DNA of 64,000 nt. Origin: Histomonas meleagridis 2922-C6/04-290x. Lineage: Eukaryota; Protista; Parabasalia. This document shows positions 1 through 11,441 of this stretch, in pieces. The stretch covers positions 469,637-533,636 of the forward strand of contig JAANOX010000142.1 of NCBI GenBank assembly GCA_020184695.1, read 5' to 3'. Every line of letters starts with the position of its first letter. The first letter of the stretch is position 1. The notes beneath the pieces were generated by a model, which saw nothing but the letters and a program-made list of their open reading frames with translations, did no database searches and was not told where the DNA came from. The translations under genes and the position numbers were made by a program.

Positions 1-3000
1 CTCTTTTTTGTAGCCAATCATTAGCATTCGCTGAATATTCTAACAAATAAGTTTTAATTTCATCGCAATTAGTGACTGATATCATATCTTTAAACACCGA
101 AAGTTTTTTATCGATTGGAATTTCTTCATAAGAATTATAATCCTTTAAACATACTTTTAATTCGCAATTAATAGGTATTGAAGTTTTACTTCTTTGTCGT
201 TTAATTAGTTCAAATAATGTCATACAATTAGGGATCCAACCGATTAATCCAACTTTCGAAGTTAATGGTAACACTGGATAAGTTTTTATATTTAATGTTT
301 GATCTAATGAATTTGATATTATCTTAAATAATTGCATAACACGTTCATCTAAACGTGTATCTTCATTTGGCTTTAATAAGAACAAATAATCGATACCATT
401 ACTACCTTTAATCGATATTTTACGAGGTCTTTGTTTCGAATGCATTACAGGTATTATCGGATTTAATGAGTTTATAGTTATTAATTCATTATAATTACAA
501 TTATATAATCCTGGCACTAATAAATTAGTGTTATTTAAACAATATAATAATGGTGATAAATCTTCTAAATTTAATTCAAAGATTTCCGATAAAAATGTTC
601 GAATATGTTTAAAGATAATTACATAATTATTCCAACTTTGATGGAAATCAATCATGTCATTACTTTTAGAATAACGTTGTAACCATTTATAAGATTCTTT
701 TAATAATGTTGAATAACTTGATTTAAATAACACTTCAAAAACTGTTTCTGGTTCTCGTTGAATTTTCTCATGTAATGGCATTAATAATTCAATTGTCTTC
801 TTAGGATTATTACGTAATACATATTCACGTGATGCTTCATCAATAGCTTGATACCATTCTTCATGCCATATTTGTGCTATACGCATTAATTCATCAGAGA
901 ATGTTAAAGTTTCAGTAACTAATGATGGGAAATCTCTACGTAATTTCTCAATTAAATTCGAAGCTATTTTTTGTTTGATTACAAATTGTGATTTATATGG
1001 AACTATTAATGAATATAATACTGAATGTGGATGTCGTTTACCAATTAACATAATTAATTTATGAATAGCTTTCATTAATAATGGATCTTGACATTCAAGT
1101 CGTGCTATAATTTGTGGTAATAATTGGACCCAAACATTAGTATCAATTTCATTCATTTTATTAATTAATTGATCATAAATTTCTTTTGAGCCATATTGGA
1201 ATAATATAGTAATAGAACGTAATGCAAATTGTAATGAATTTTTCGAATTTAATTTTAACCCATTTAAAATAGCATTAAATGATGTTATTAAATATTGATT
1301 ATCTTTAGTCCTTTCAAACTCAATGAAATTAATTTTAGACCAATAATGATAAGGTTTTGTAGTTTTAGGATTTTCATTAATAACATCTTGAAATATTTTT
1401 AATGATTTTTGTATATCACCTATTTCAAAATACCATTTACCTAATGTAGTATTTAATTTAGGTCGAGTTTTAATTAAATCTTTTAATAATTTAATGGATT
1501 CTTTAATTTTCCCATCATAACGTTGGATTCTACATTTAGCAAAAATTACATCTGGATCATTTTGATCTAATTTATTAATAATAATCTTTGCTAATTGTGT
1601 AAAGCCTTGTTTTCGTGTTTTATGTAAAAAGCGTAAATAATAAGGCTTCATTTCTTCTTTCGTTAATATTAATTCTTTGACTAATAATGAATTAAACATA
1701 CCACTTGATGAACCAGACATTTCATGAAATCGTAAATCCCATGAATTTAATATTCGTTTAATTTCTAATTCTGATTTCATTCTTTCATTAGGTACTGGTG
1801 ATAATTTTTGTTCTTCTAATTTACGTATTATTATTACATCTTCTAATTCCTTTAAATTTGATAATTGACATAATGTTAAAAATGCTCTTTCATAATCATT
1901 TTGTATTGCTGAAAACAATTCTTTACTTATTGATTCTCTTAAATTCTTTATATATTTCTTTGCATTTTTATAATCTTTTTTATATATATAATAATAACTT
2001 TTGAAATATTTAATTGTATCTGAGATATCATCATTAAGTTTAGTAATAATATTTTCAAATTTATTCATTTCTAATAAATGTAATGTAGCAGAAGCACTAA
2101 ATTCAGATATTTCATCTTTACATATTTCATATAAATCTAAATAACGACCTAAATTATTTAAACTTCGTTTCTTACCTATTAAATATTCATTATTATTAGG
2201 TTCTTTTAATAATTTGTTCTCATAATATTGATATGTTTCTTCCCAATGCCCTAATCGATTAGCTAAATTAACACTTTGGAAGTCTGATATTCCTTGAATT
2301 TCTGCACATCTTAATATACCATTAGCTGCTAAAGGTAAACCTAAAGTTTGATATAAGAAAACTAAATGTTCAATAGCACGTTTTGGTAATTTCTCAAATA
2401 AATGTTCATAAAATCGTAAGCTTTGATGTAATTGATTAGTTTTAAGTGCTTTATCAGCTAAAATTTCCCAATCAATAATTATAGGGAATCCTACAATTTC
2501 TAAATATTCATATACAGAGATAAACATTCGTAAAACATTATTAGGTATATTAGTAGCTGCTAATACTGTCATTAAAACTATATCAATAACATTTGATACA
2601 TCTTTTAAGATAACTTCACATAATGCAAATGTTATAGGAAATAATGAATGTCGTACATTAATATCTTGTTCAGATAATGGTAAACATGCATTAATAGCTT
2701 TAGATTGTGATGTAGATAAGAATATAGAAATAATTTCTTCAAGCCAATTATTCCATTCATAAGCTTCCCATTCTACTCGTGGCATCTTAAATTCGGGTAA
2801 AACTGTTGAAGCTTTAAATGTTAAATGTTTAGTTTGAGTTTTCTTTTGTTTATTATGATTTATAACTCCATATTTAGCTACTATTTGTTGAGGAAATTCG
2901 ACTTTCATAGCAATAGTTTTAATTAATAAATTAAATTCTGTTTGTTCTTCAACATTAAATGAAGAATAAATTTCGGGTAAATATATAAAAAAATTCTCTC

Positions 3001-5914
3001 GAAGTTGATAAGCTAATGCACTAATAATTAACATTGATTTCTCAATGTATAATGGGTTTTGTGATACAATTAATTCTAATGTACGTAATATTTCACTACA
3101 ATATTTAGAACCATCACAATTAATTAATATTAACTTGAACTTAAATAATGAATCATTTAATACATCTACATTATCTACTTGTGTTTCAATCCATGATAAA
3201 AATGCCGGAATTACTAAATAATCAACTGATCTTAATAATGAACCAAAAGAACTTATAGAATTAAAAATATTATTAACAATTTCAGGTGAAAATAATGATA
3301 AATTTGAAACTAACATTGTCGTAACTTTTTGGACATATAATTTAAATATATCATTAACTATTAAACATATCCATTCTATAGCTCTTATTAAATAAGCCAT
3401 ATCAATTTGTCCCCAATTTGAACCAATGAAATCTAAAACAGATGGAATTAAAGCTTTAATTTTTGAGCCAAAGATAATCATTAAAGCTGGAATATTATGT
3501 ACTATAATATTCATTGAAGTTTTACTAATTATTATTATTTTCGATATAATAATTTCTTCAATAGTTTCATTTAAATGTGGTATACTTTTTAATATAGTAA
3601 TTAATGAATCTATAGCTTGTGAATGTAATGATATTAATGATTCATCACTCATTATATCTAAAATTATAGATAATGAGATAGATATTGAATAATTAACTAA
3701 TGATGTTAATTGTATTGAACCTATATCAGTTACAAATATCATTCCATTAAATGAATACATTGAATCATTATTACCTGATGTTAATGAATTAACTGTTTTA
3801 ACTTTTATTGCTCCAATTTCACTATAAACATCATATAACTTATTTAATACTTGTGGATCATCAGAATTTGCAGATAATTCGATTAATCTTAAGAATAATT
3901 GTGAATATTCATTTGCAATTTTTTCACGTAATTTTGTAAATTTTATTAATATTTGTAATAATGTTAATGATGAACAAATACGATTTAATGATGAATGAGT
4001 TCTAAGTGATAATAATAAATGTTGTACTAATAATGATAAATCAAAATTAGGTGCAATTGGTATTAATTTCGTTAATAATTGTAATGATATTGATGATAAG
4101 ACAGGCATTCCTAATAATCTTTTCGTTAAAAATGAAGCAAATGATGTTAATAATGAAGAATGTGTTTCCGAAATGATTAATAATGATAATATGAAATATT
4201 TATCAAATGTATCACTATTCTTTAAATATCGGACAATTTCAGCGATATATTGGGTAATATATGGACGTGCTGAATTGATTTGACATAAATGTCTTAACGC
4301 TTCAGCGCCAATATTACGTTCTCGATCATGATAAAGTGATACTAATGGTTGTATTAAGTAATCACTATTCTTTGTCGGAGTAATGTTTTTAATGACATAA
4401 TATCGTAACTTTTCACTTGGTTCAAATCCGACAAAACATAAAAGTCGGACTTGTATCGAAGGAAATAAGTTTTGTAATGATATTAAGAACTTTGCACATG
4501 ACATTCGTACTTTAAAATTAGTATCATTTAATCCGGTACTTAAATGTAATAATAAGTTTTCCGAAATTTCTCTTTTCCCAAATTTACATAATCGTAATGA
4601 TTTATATCCGATGACTACTAAAGAATTATCTTTCGTTGATGATTTATCTAATGCCATTGTAGTTAATGTCGAAAAAATTCGTTTCTTTAAAGCGGCCGTT
4701 TTAAGCGGCCACATTTTGATGAATTTATTTAAACCTTTGATTACTAATAATGATAAACTTCGTGAAAATATTAAATCAATGACTGACTTTAATTCAGGAT
4801 ATAATGGTGACATTAATGATAATGCTGCATATATTGCTTCATCACCACTAATATTATTTACTATAAATGTACACATTCGTTTAACTGATTCTTCATGATC
4901 AGCATGTAACTTATTACCAATTAAAAATGATAAGTTACCTATAGATATAAATAATTGTTTCCGTCGTTCTGGTTGTTGTACGATTAACTCCTCATAAATC
5001 TGAAATAAAGTTTTCAAATGAACTTTTTCAAATAAATCGGGTGAACAGATATAAATTAATGGCAAAATAATTTGAGTGATTTGTGACGTAGCTAATGTAC
5101 TAACGGGTAAATCTATAAAATGAAATAAACGCGCAAACTCTGGATGTTTTTCACATACATCAAATAATGAATTGATGGTTTCGATTTTAAAATTTTGATT
5201 AATTAATCGTTTGGTTAAAGCATTAAATAATGGCTTGAGATGTGACCTATATGCTGTGTTGGCTAATAGCATCGCGGACTTAAGGACATGAATGGCCATA
5301 TTACTGATCGACGGTGATGGATTTTCAATGGAACTCAAAAATATTTGATGAAGATTCTCAAAATTCGAATCTAATGAAGCAGGAAAACGTCGAAGAAATA
5401 TATCAAGTAAACATAACGCGGAAAAAATTCCAGAATTATTTTGAGATGATGAAAAGTTTGTAATGTTCTCACGTAAAGGTTGTAAAATTAAATGGAATGA
5501 AGAGCCTAAGGATTTGGATAACCAACATAATATATTTTCTAAGGTTTTCCATACATTAATATTTTCAGATGCTGGCATTGTTGGAATATCTCTTGCAATT
5601 CTATTTGCCTTCGAAGCCTTATTTCCTAAGTCAACCTTTGCTAAAGCATAATTTAAAGTTACATAATGTAATGGATTATTTAATTGTGCTAAGGATAGAG
5701 AATAAAAAAGATCATTAAGAAATGATGTTTCTTCGTTTCCAATAGAAGCTGCTAAATATTGACTATGAACAAATTTTTGAAATGTTGTAATAGCAAAAAG
5801 AAATTGTTTAGATTCTAAGTCGTCGCAAGCTTCTATAACATCATTTATATATGTGTGTAAGGATGGTTTTGTAATTTCGGAAGTATTCATGTATAATTTA
5901 ATGCTTTTTTTCAT
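1..5914 (-). CDS. TOR: TOR (target of rapamycin) PIKK kinase, 3'-partial (runs off window start)
   Basis: Manual minus-strand translation gives FRB (ELMRIAQIWHEEWYQAIDEASREY...QSWNNYVIIF) and kinase N-lobe (SKQRPRKISIKGSNGIDYLFLLKPNEDTRLDERVMQLF). The same frame runs from ATG 5914 (alternative 5890) to position 1. A TCATA Inr-like motif lies just upstream. No terminated ORF in this frame appears in the track, consistent with an open frame to the edge. Confidence 0.95.
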   Translation of the reverse strand, partial: MKKSIKLYMNTSEITKPSLHTYINDVIEACDDLESKQFLFAITTFQKFVHSQYLAASIGNEETSFLNDLFYSLSLAQLNNPLHYVTLNYALAKVDLGNKASKANRIARDIPTMPASENINVWKTLENILCWLSKSLGSSFHLILQPLRENITNFSSSQNNSGIFSALCLLDIFLRRFPASLDSNFENLHQIFLSSIENPSPSISNMAIHVLKSAMLLANTAYRSHLKPLFNALTKRLINQNFKIETINSLFDVCEKHPEFARLFHFIDLPVSTLATSQITQIILPLIYICSPDLFEKVHLKTLFQIYEELIVQQPERRKQLFISIGNLSFLIGNKLHADHEESVKRMCTFIVNNISGDEAIYAALSLMSPLYPELKSVIDLIFSRSLSLLVIKGLNKFIKMWPLKTAALKKRIFSTLTTMALDKSSTKDNSLVVIGYKSLRLCKFGKREISENLLLHLSTGLNDTNFKVRMSCAKFLISLQNLFPSIQVRLLCFVGFEPSEKLRYYVIKNITPTKNSDYLIQPLVSLYHDRERNIGAEALRHLCQINSARPYITQYIAEIVRYLKNSDTFDKYFILSLLIISETHSSLLTSFASFLTKRLLGMPVLSSISLQLLTKLIPIAPNFDLSLLVQHLLLSLRTHSSLNRICSSLTLLQILIKFTKLREKIANEYSQLFLRLIELSANSDDPQVLNKLYDVYSEIGAIKVKTVNSLTSGNNDSMYSFNGMIFVTDIGSIQLTSLVNYSISISLSIILDIMSDESLISLHSQAIDSLITILKSIPHLNETIEEIIISKIIIISKTSMNIIVHNIPALMIIFGSKIKALIPSVLDFIGSNWGQIDMAYLIRAIEWICLIVNDIFKLYVQKVTTMLVSNLSLFSPEIVNNIFNSISSFGSLLRSVDYLVIPAFLSWIETQVDNVDVLNDSLFKFKLILINCDGSKYCSEILRTLELIVSQNPLYIEKSMLIISALAYQLRENFFIYLPEIYSSFNVEEQTEFNLLIKTIAMKVEFPQQIVAKYGVINHNKQKKTQTKHLTFKASTVLPEFKMPRVEWEAYEWNNWLEEIISIFLSTSQSKAINACLPLSEQDINVRHSLFPITFALCEVILKDVSNVIDIVLMTVLAATNIPNNVLRMFISVYEYLEIVGFPIIIDWEILADKALKTNQLHQSLRFYEHLFEKLPKRAIEHLVFLYQTLGLPLAANGILRCAEIQGISDFQSVNLANRLGHWEETYQYYENKLLKEPNNNEYLIGKKRSLNNLGRYLDLYEICKDEISEFSASATLHLLEMNKFENIITKLNDDISDTIKYFKSYYYIYKKDYKNAKKYIKNLRESISKELFSAIQNDYERAFLTLCQLSNLKELEDVIIIRKLEEQKLSPVPNERMKSELEIKRILNSWDLRFHEMSGSSSGMFNSLLVKELILTKEEMKPYYLRFLHKTRKQGFTQLAKIIINKLDQNDPDVIFAKCRIQRYDGKIKESIKLLKDLIKTRPKLNTTLGKWYFEIGDIQKSLKIFQDVINENPKTTKPYHYWSKINFIEFERTKDNQYLITSFNAILNGLKLNSKNSLQFALRSITILFQYGSKEIYDQLINKMNEIDTNVWVQLLPQIIARLECQDPLLMKAIHKLIMLIGKRHPHSVLYSLIVPYKSQFVIKQKIASNLIEKLRRDFPSLVTETLTFSDELMRIAQIWHEEWYQAIDEASREYVLRNNPKKTIELLMPLHEKIQREPETVFEVLFKSSYSTLLKESYKWLQRYSKSNDMIDFHQSWNNYVIIFKHIRTFLSEIFELNLEDLSPLLYCLNNTNLLVPGLYNCNYNELITINSLNPIIPVMHSKQRPRKISIKGSNGIDYLFLLKPNEDTRLDERVMQLFKIISNSLDQTLNIKTYPVLPLTSKVGLIGWIPNCMTLFELIKRQRSKTSIPINCELKVCLKDYNSYEEIPIDKKLSVFKDMISVTNCDEIKTYLLEYSANANDWLQKR

Positions 5915-6106
5915 ACTTTATGAGTTGTCAATAACGAAATAAACCATTGAATTCGATAATATCATCACAAATGTACGGTTATAGAATTTTTTGTATGTTT
6001 ATTTACCGTTAATAAATTTACCAAACAAAGTATGTCAAATAATTTGCCAAACAAAGCTTGTCAAATAATTATCGCATCAAGCTTGATGTTGAAATTAATA
6101 TTTTAA

Positions 6107-7945
6107 ATGTCTTTATCATTCGCAGCTGTCATTGCTCAATCAGCACCTATTACAGATGAGGCCTTTTGGAATCAATTCTCAAATACAGGAAAACTTGATG
6201 GAAAGTTAACATTAAAATCAAAACAAAAATTAGCAGATGCATTAAAATTTGCTTTAAATGAAGAAAATAAGGATTATATGCAAATCATTGTTAATTGGTT
6301 AATGTGTTTTTCTAAGTTTCCAAACTTTTTAAAAAACTTTACAAAATCAGATCAAACATTTTATTCTTCATTATCATCATTTACAAACCATATATTAAAT
6401 TTAAATGATGAAAATAAGAAATTGAAACAAGACTTAATAATTTCATTAGATAATATCTTAAAAATAGATTCAGTTTTAAAGAATGAAATATTATCTTCAA
6501 TTTCAGACACAATAATTCAAATGCTAAAAAATGAAGAAGATAATGAAATAATTAGTTTAGGATTAAAATTAATATTTAATAATCTTCAAAATAATCCATT
6601 AATGACAAATGTCATTAATAGTAAAGTTAATTTATTTATTCAATGTATTAAAAAATGTAAATATCCAAAATTACAATTACAATTTTTAAACATTTTATGG
6701 ATTATTCAAGCAAAAACTAATCAATATTCATTTATTCATACTGATGATCAACAATTTCTTTCAACTATACATAAAATTCTATTAAAAAGTAACAATGGAA
6801 AAGATAATTTTATTATAACATTATCATTTAATTCCATAACTTTATTTGATGGTACTAAAGCAGGAAATGGTTATATTGATATTGGCATTGATGATCTTTT
6901 AATATGTTTTAATGAACAAATTATTCCATTACACTTTGAAGCAATTGATGGTTTAGATTCAGAAGACAAAATGATAACAATAATAATTAATAAATCATAT
7001 GAAGAATTTGGTACAAATCCACAAAACATTATCATTGAATTAGAAACTAAACCAAAGCCGAAATTCATTTCATTTTTATTTTCTCGGATTTCACATGGAG
7101 AATCTCAAAGTCAAATGAATGAATATTCTGAATCTTCATCTGAAGAAATTGAAAAACCAAAAACCAAACCAAAACCAAAAGCTAAACCACCGAAATCATC
7201 AATTGCTTTATTCCTTCATCCAGACAGTCAAAAGTCTACACAAATAATTGACGAATGTTTATTTTCTGAAGAAATCAAAGAAGAGAATGAACCACCATCA
7301 ATGACAATCGAAGAAAATAACCAAATGTATAATGAAGAAGAGAAAGAAATCGAATCTCCGCCAATAATATCAATTGAAATGAATGAGAAAAGTACCGAAT
7401 TCATTGAAAAAGAAAAAACTCAACAAGATAATATCCAAGAAGAGGAAGAAAAAGATAATTTCCTTGAAAGCCATATCAATCAAGTATTGGATAAAATTAA
7501 CTCTGGAATTAATACACTGACACGTCAAAGACTTGAAATGGTTGATCATTTTGGCCAAAAACTGAATTCAATTGTCGATTCTTTACATGAAGATATTCGT
7601 ACAACATTAAGAGATAGAGAACATGGATCCATTAAACAACTCGAAATATCGAAACAACAATTCCAAGCAAATCTTCAAAAGTTCAAAAGACAGGAGTCGC
7701 AAATGCAGCAAACATTAATTGGGTTTGAAAATGAAACACGTCAAATGTCTGAAAAAATAGTTAACATACAGAAAACAATTCGTAATGAGCTCCAAAACCA
7801 TAGAATTAATCTTGAGGAGGAACTAAAGCGCCTGAGGAAAATGATAAGGACGCAAGCCGACAAAAGCATTGAAGACGATGTTGAAGAATATGTTTACCAA
7901 AAACCTAAAACGAGGAATGTGAAACGAATTCCATTAATTATTTAA
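6107..7945 (+). CDS. Hypothetical protein 612 aa: helical N-terminus, beta-rich middle, acidic disordered linker, C-terminal coiled coil
   Basis: Long ORF divergent from TOR; composition-based segmentation only. Confidence 0.8.
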   Translation: MSLSFAAVIAQSAPITDEAFWNQFSNTGKLDGKLTLKSKQKLADALKFALNEENKDYMQIIVNWLMCFSKFPNFLKNFTKSDQTFYSSLSSFTNHILNLNDENKKLKQDLIISLDNILKIDSVLKNEILSSISDTIIQMLKNEEDNEIISLGLKLIFNNLQNNPLMTNVINSKVNLFIQCIKKCKYPKLQLQFLNILWIIQAKTNQYSFIHTDDQQFLSTIHKILLKSNNGKDNFIITLSFNSITLFDGTKAGNGYIDIGIDDLLICFNEQIIPLHFEAIDGLDSEDKMITIIINKSYEEFGTNPQNIIIELETKPKPKFISFLFSRISHGESQSQMNEYSESSSEEIEKPKTKPKPKAKPPKSSIALFLHPDSQKSTQIIDECLFSEEIKEENEPPSMTIEENNQMYNEEEKEIESPPIISIEMNEKSTEFIEKEKTQQDNIQEEEEKDNFLESHINQVLDKINSGINTLTRQRLEMVDHFGQKLNSIVDSLHEDIRTTLRDREHGSIKQLEISKQQFQANLQKFKRQESQMQQTLIGFENETRQMSEKIVNIQKTIRNELQNHRINLEEELKRLRKMIRTQADKSIEDDVEEYVYQKPKTRNVKRIPLII

Positions 7946-8248
7946 CTAAAGCTGAAAATTTTATCATCAATAAATTTCATTACATTTCGCTGCTTCCGTC
8001 ACGAGTTTTCACATCCATTCGATTTGAAGTAAAGCGGACAAAGAGCCGAAACTTTGCTGTGTGTTAAAGTTATTTGGAGAAGTTCAAACATGTGCAAAGA
8101 AGGCTCTGCAGGCTGAGCTGTCCTGCTTAGTGTTTCTGTTGTTGGAGAACAAAGAATAAAAAGCCAAACGAATAATTTTAGCAATCAAAATTCATAAAGC
8201 AAATGCTTGGATCGATTTCTCTTATAATTCCTAATTATTTTATAATAG

Positions 8249-8338
8249 TATAATATATAAATAGTATAATATATAAATAGTATAATATATAAATAGTATA
8301 ATATATAAATAGTATAATATATAAATAGTATAATATAT
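8249..8338. repeat. 16-bp minisatellite (TATAATATATAAATAG) x5.6
   Basis: Five exact units 8249-8328 plus a partial unit. Confidence 0.95.
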
Positions 8339-8343
8339 GAATA

Positions 8344-9145
8344 AACTGATGTTCAAAAATGGAGATCATGGGTAAAAAAAAGTAAATTTAACATATTCAT
8401 AAGTTTATTCAATTGACATTAAAAGAATGGGAAATGCTCAAAGTCTTGATGCAGGTGCAAATGTTATAGTTAATAGCGAAAATTAAAAAAAGAAACCATA
8501 AATCCTGAAGAAAATTTAAACTCAATTCTTTAGGATATATGGAAAAACATAGGTGAGGAAATCATTAACAGACTTGTAAATGATTTTATTCGTCGATGTA
8601 AATTGGTAATTGACGTTGGTGGTGAAAGTATCAGTCGATATATTTCAAGCCATCGAAATTCTGTCAGAGAAAAAGATAAAGTTGACACAGCTAACATGAG
8701 ATTTCGGAAGAAGGATCAAGACGAAACTCTATAAAAAAGGCACAGAGAATTTGGTAATCAATGGAAAAAAATTGGATAAGAGATCAATAGAAGTGGAACA
8801 GAAACTAAAAACAGGTATCATTTTTCTGCACAGGTCGAAGCGAATGATTATCTGGATCCCCATACTTGGTTTCTTCCAATCGATGAAAATTTAATCATGG
8901 ATCCGATCTTCGAAGATTGGCAACCAACATGGACATTGTAACAGAGGCCTATGATTTAGAAATTTAGGATTTATGTTGTATTTTAGCCCGATTTGCTGAA
9001 AAAGAATTACCATTGTTCAAAAATATAGACTATTTTTGAATAGTTTACAAAAACATTTCAATGAATGAGTCCGTTACTTAATTTTGAATTTACATAGAAA
9101 AAGTGATTTTATTACAAAAGTATTCTCCATTTTTGAACATCAGTT
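8344..9145 (+). mobile_element. Decayed Tc1/mariner-like DNA transposon derivative (~800 bp) with 22-bp TIRs
   Basis: AACTGATGTTCAAAAATGGAGA (8344-8365) and its exact reverse complement (9124-9145). Internal frame reads IWKNIGEEIINRLVNDFIRRCKLVIDVGGESISRY, typical of the Tc1/DDE_3 transposase C-terminus, with in-frame stops. Confidence 0.8.
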
Positions 9146-9150
9146 ATTAA

Positions 9151-9206
9151 TAATATATAAATAGTGTGATATATAAATAGTATAATATATAAATAGTATA
9201 ATATAT
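9151..9206. repeat. Second tract of the same 16-bp minisatellite x3.5
   Basis: TAATATATAAATAG-TGTGATATATAAATAG-TATAATATATAAATAG-TATAATATAT. Confidence 0.9.
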
Positions 9207-9915
9207 TGGTGACTTACTATCCATTTAAATGAATTCTTTATAAAAATTTTATGTCTGCGCGATCTTTTTGGAATTATGCCGCCTATCTACCTTTCAAAAT
9301 TTTGACTCTTCAAAAAGTTCCAATTGTGAGACCACACAGATAATTTCCTTTCAATTTCACAAATTCGTCAATTCAATATTTGAATTCTCAATCCTATCGT
9401 TATGCCTCGCTTTTTATGTTTTTAAATTTGTTGATTAATGTCAATTTTCTACTTCCTTGCCAATATTGTAATAATATTCAATCGTTGATTTAATATCAAA
9501 AATTTCTAAGTTTTAATACATTATACCAAAACAAAAAAAAGATTATAAATAGATCAAATATTCCAAAATTAATCTCAATACCTTATATTAAATATACATG
9601 TCATAACTTATACGCACATTATTTATGTAAAGTTATATCAATTGATTATATTTCTTTTGAGAATATAAAGACTAAATATATTCAATATTTCACCACAACA
9701 ACTCAAAACAAATTGGAAAAAATTAAAAAAATCATCTATGTTGAATTATTTTTTAAAATATTCAAGCTTCTATGTAAGTCAATTATTATCAAAATTGGAT
9801 ATCTTAAGATGTATATTATATAAATTATATTTTAAATAATTATTATTTTAAAAATTATCTCGTTATTGATATTAATATTATTTTTTTATTAACTCTTATA
9901 TATTACAAAAAACTT

Positions 9916-10823
9916 TTGCGAATTTCTCAATCTAATATAAAAGAAAAAAATAATTTGAATAATTTTTTTGTTTTTACTATATTCTTGGTACAGATATTTC
10001 ACACTTATAGTATCGATAATGTAACATTTATTATTTACAATTCTAATGGATTTGAAGAAGCAACTAAAAACAAAGATAATATAACGCACATTATCATCAG
10101 AGGCAATGTTAGTGTGATTCCATTAAATGCATTTGCTGGGTGGACTTTACTATTATCCAATGAAATTGGGAATAATGTCATTATAATTAGTGTTAATTCT
10201 TTTGAGAGATGTAATTCATTATTGATTGTAGTGATTGCAAAAAATATAACAACAATTGGAAATTACGCATTTTCTTATTGTTCTTCGTTAACAAATATAG
10301 AAATTCCATCTTCTGTTACTTCAATTGGAGATTATGCATTTCGATTTTGTTCTAATTTAACTTGCATCTATTATTATGGCGACCAAGAACCAGACTTTGG
10401 ATCATATGTTTTCGAATACATTTAATCCATCTTTACAATTTGATTTAACATTGATACATACGATTGTATTCATTAATTCATTTTCTATTACAAACACAGT
10501 TACTGAAACACTTTTTCGTCACAAACACAAATACACTTTCTATGATTGGTCACGAGTATACACAAGTAGACACACAAATTTCTTATTATGATTCAGTGAT
10601 CACTGAATATTACTCTAATTTCACTTTTTCTTATGATAACTTCGAAATAAGTAAAATCGAACAAAATGAAGATAACACTGTAGCAATAGCTGTTGGAATA
10701 TGTGTTCCTGTCGCAATGATATTAATTGCAGTTTTAATAGTATTTTTAGTAATTCGTAAAAGAAGTAACAAACAAGTCAGCAGAGAAAGAAGTTATGTTG
10801 AAGAAATAGATGCTGAACCATAA
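9916..10823 (+). pseudogene. BspA-like (TpLRR) surface protein, disrupted
   Basis: LRR repeats (TTIGNYAFSYCSSLTNIEIPSSVTSIGDYAF) in 9916-10425; TM and tail (AVGICVPVAMILIAVLIVFLVIRKR) in another frame 10464-10823. There is no ATG before the signal-like hydrophobic stretch. Confidence 0.75.
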
Positions 10824-11441
10824 AAATGATGAAAAATTAATAATAAAAATTAGTTTTCACGATTTTTCCTTTAATTTTTTTGAGTGCAAACAACATTATG
10901 AATGGTGTAGATGTAAATGTTGTGCTGAAACATGCAGATGGAAATTTCCTTCTTAAGCCCAAAATAGACACTAGATCAAAAAATGATGGATGATAATGTG
11001 CAGGCTCAACGAAGTCTGCGTTTACTTTTTGATCGTTTGAGTGGCCACATATAACACAGCATTTTTCAGGAGGTTATGGAAAAGTCACAGGAGGTTATTT
11101 GAAAAATGACAACTGAGGTGCCCCATAACGATAACGATGGAAACCGTTGATTTTTACAATTTTAAGGAATTCTTCGTCTGCTTTTACTTATCAGAGAGAA
11201 AATTTTGTGGGCTTTGTGAATTGCTACAATATCAAATCATTTTTACTTCATAATACAGTCATCTGAATGGCTGTTGAGTGCTTTGAAAGGTTGAGTGAAT
11301 TTCAGAACAAAACCGGTATGATTCAGTACATATATGGTCAGGTGGTTGTAAGGTGCTGCTGTCAAAAAACCATTAACTATTCAAATAATTAAATAGAATA
11401 ACGATTGAATAAAGTTAGCAAAATGTTTCTTGAAAGACTCA

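Noticed and set aside
1-5914. Absence of a TOR ORF in the track suggesting stop-codon reassignment
   Set aside because: The frame is open wherever translated and simply lacks a stop inside the window; other genes end in normal TAA/TAG/TGA.
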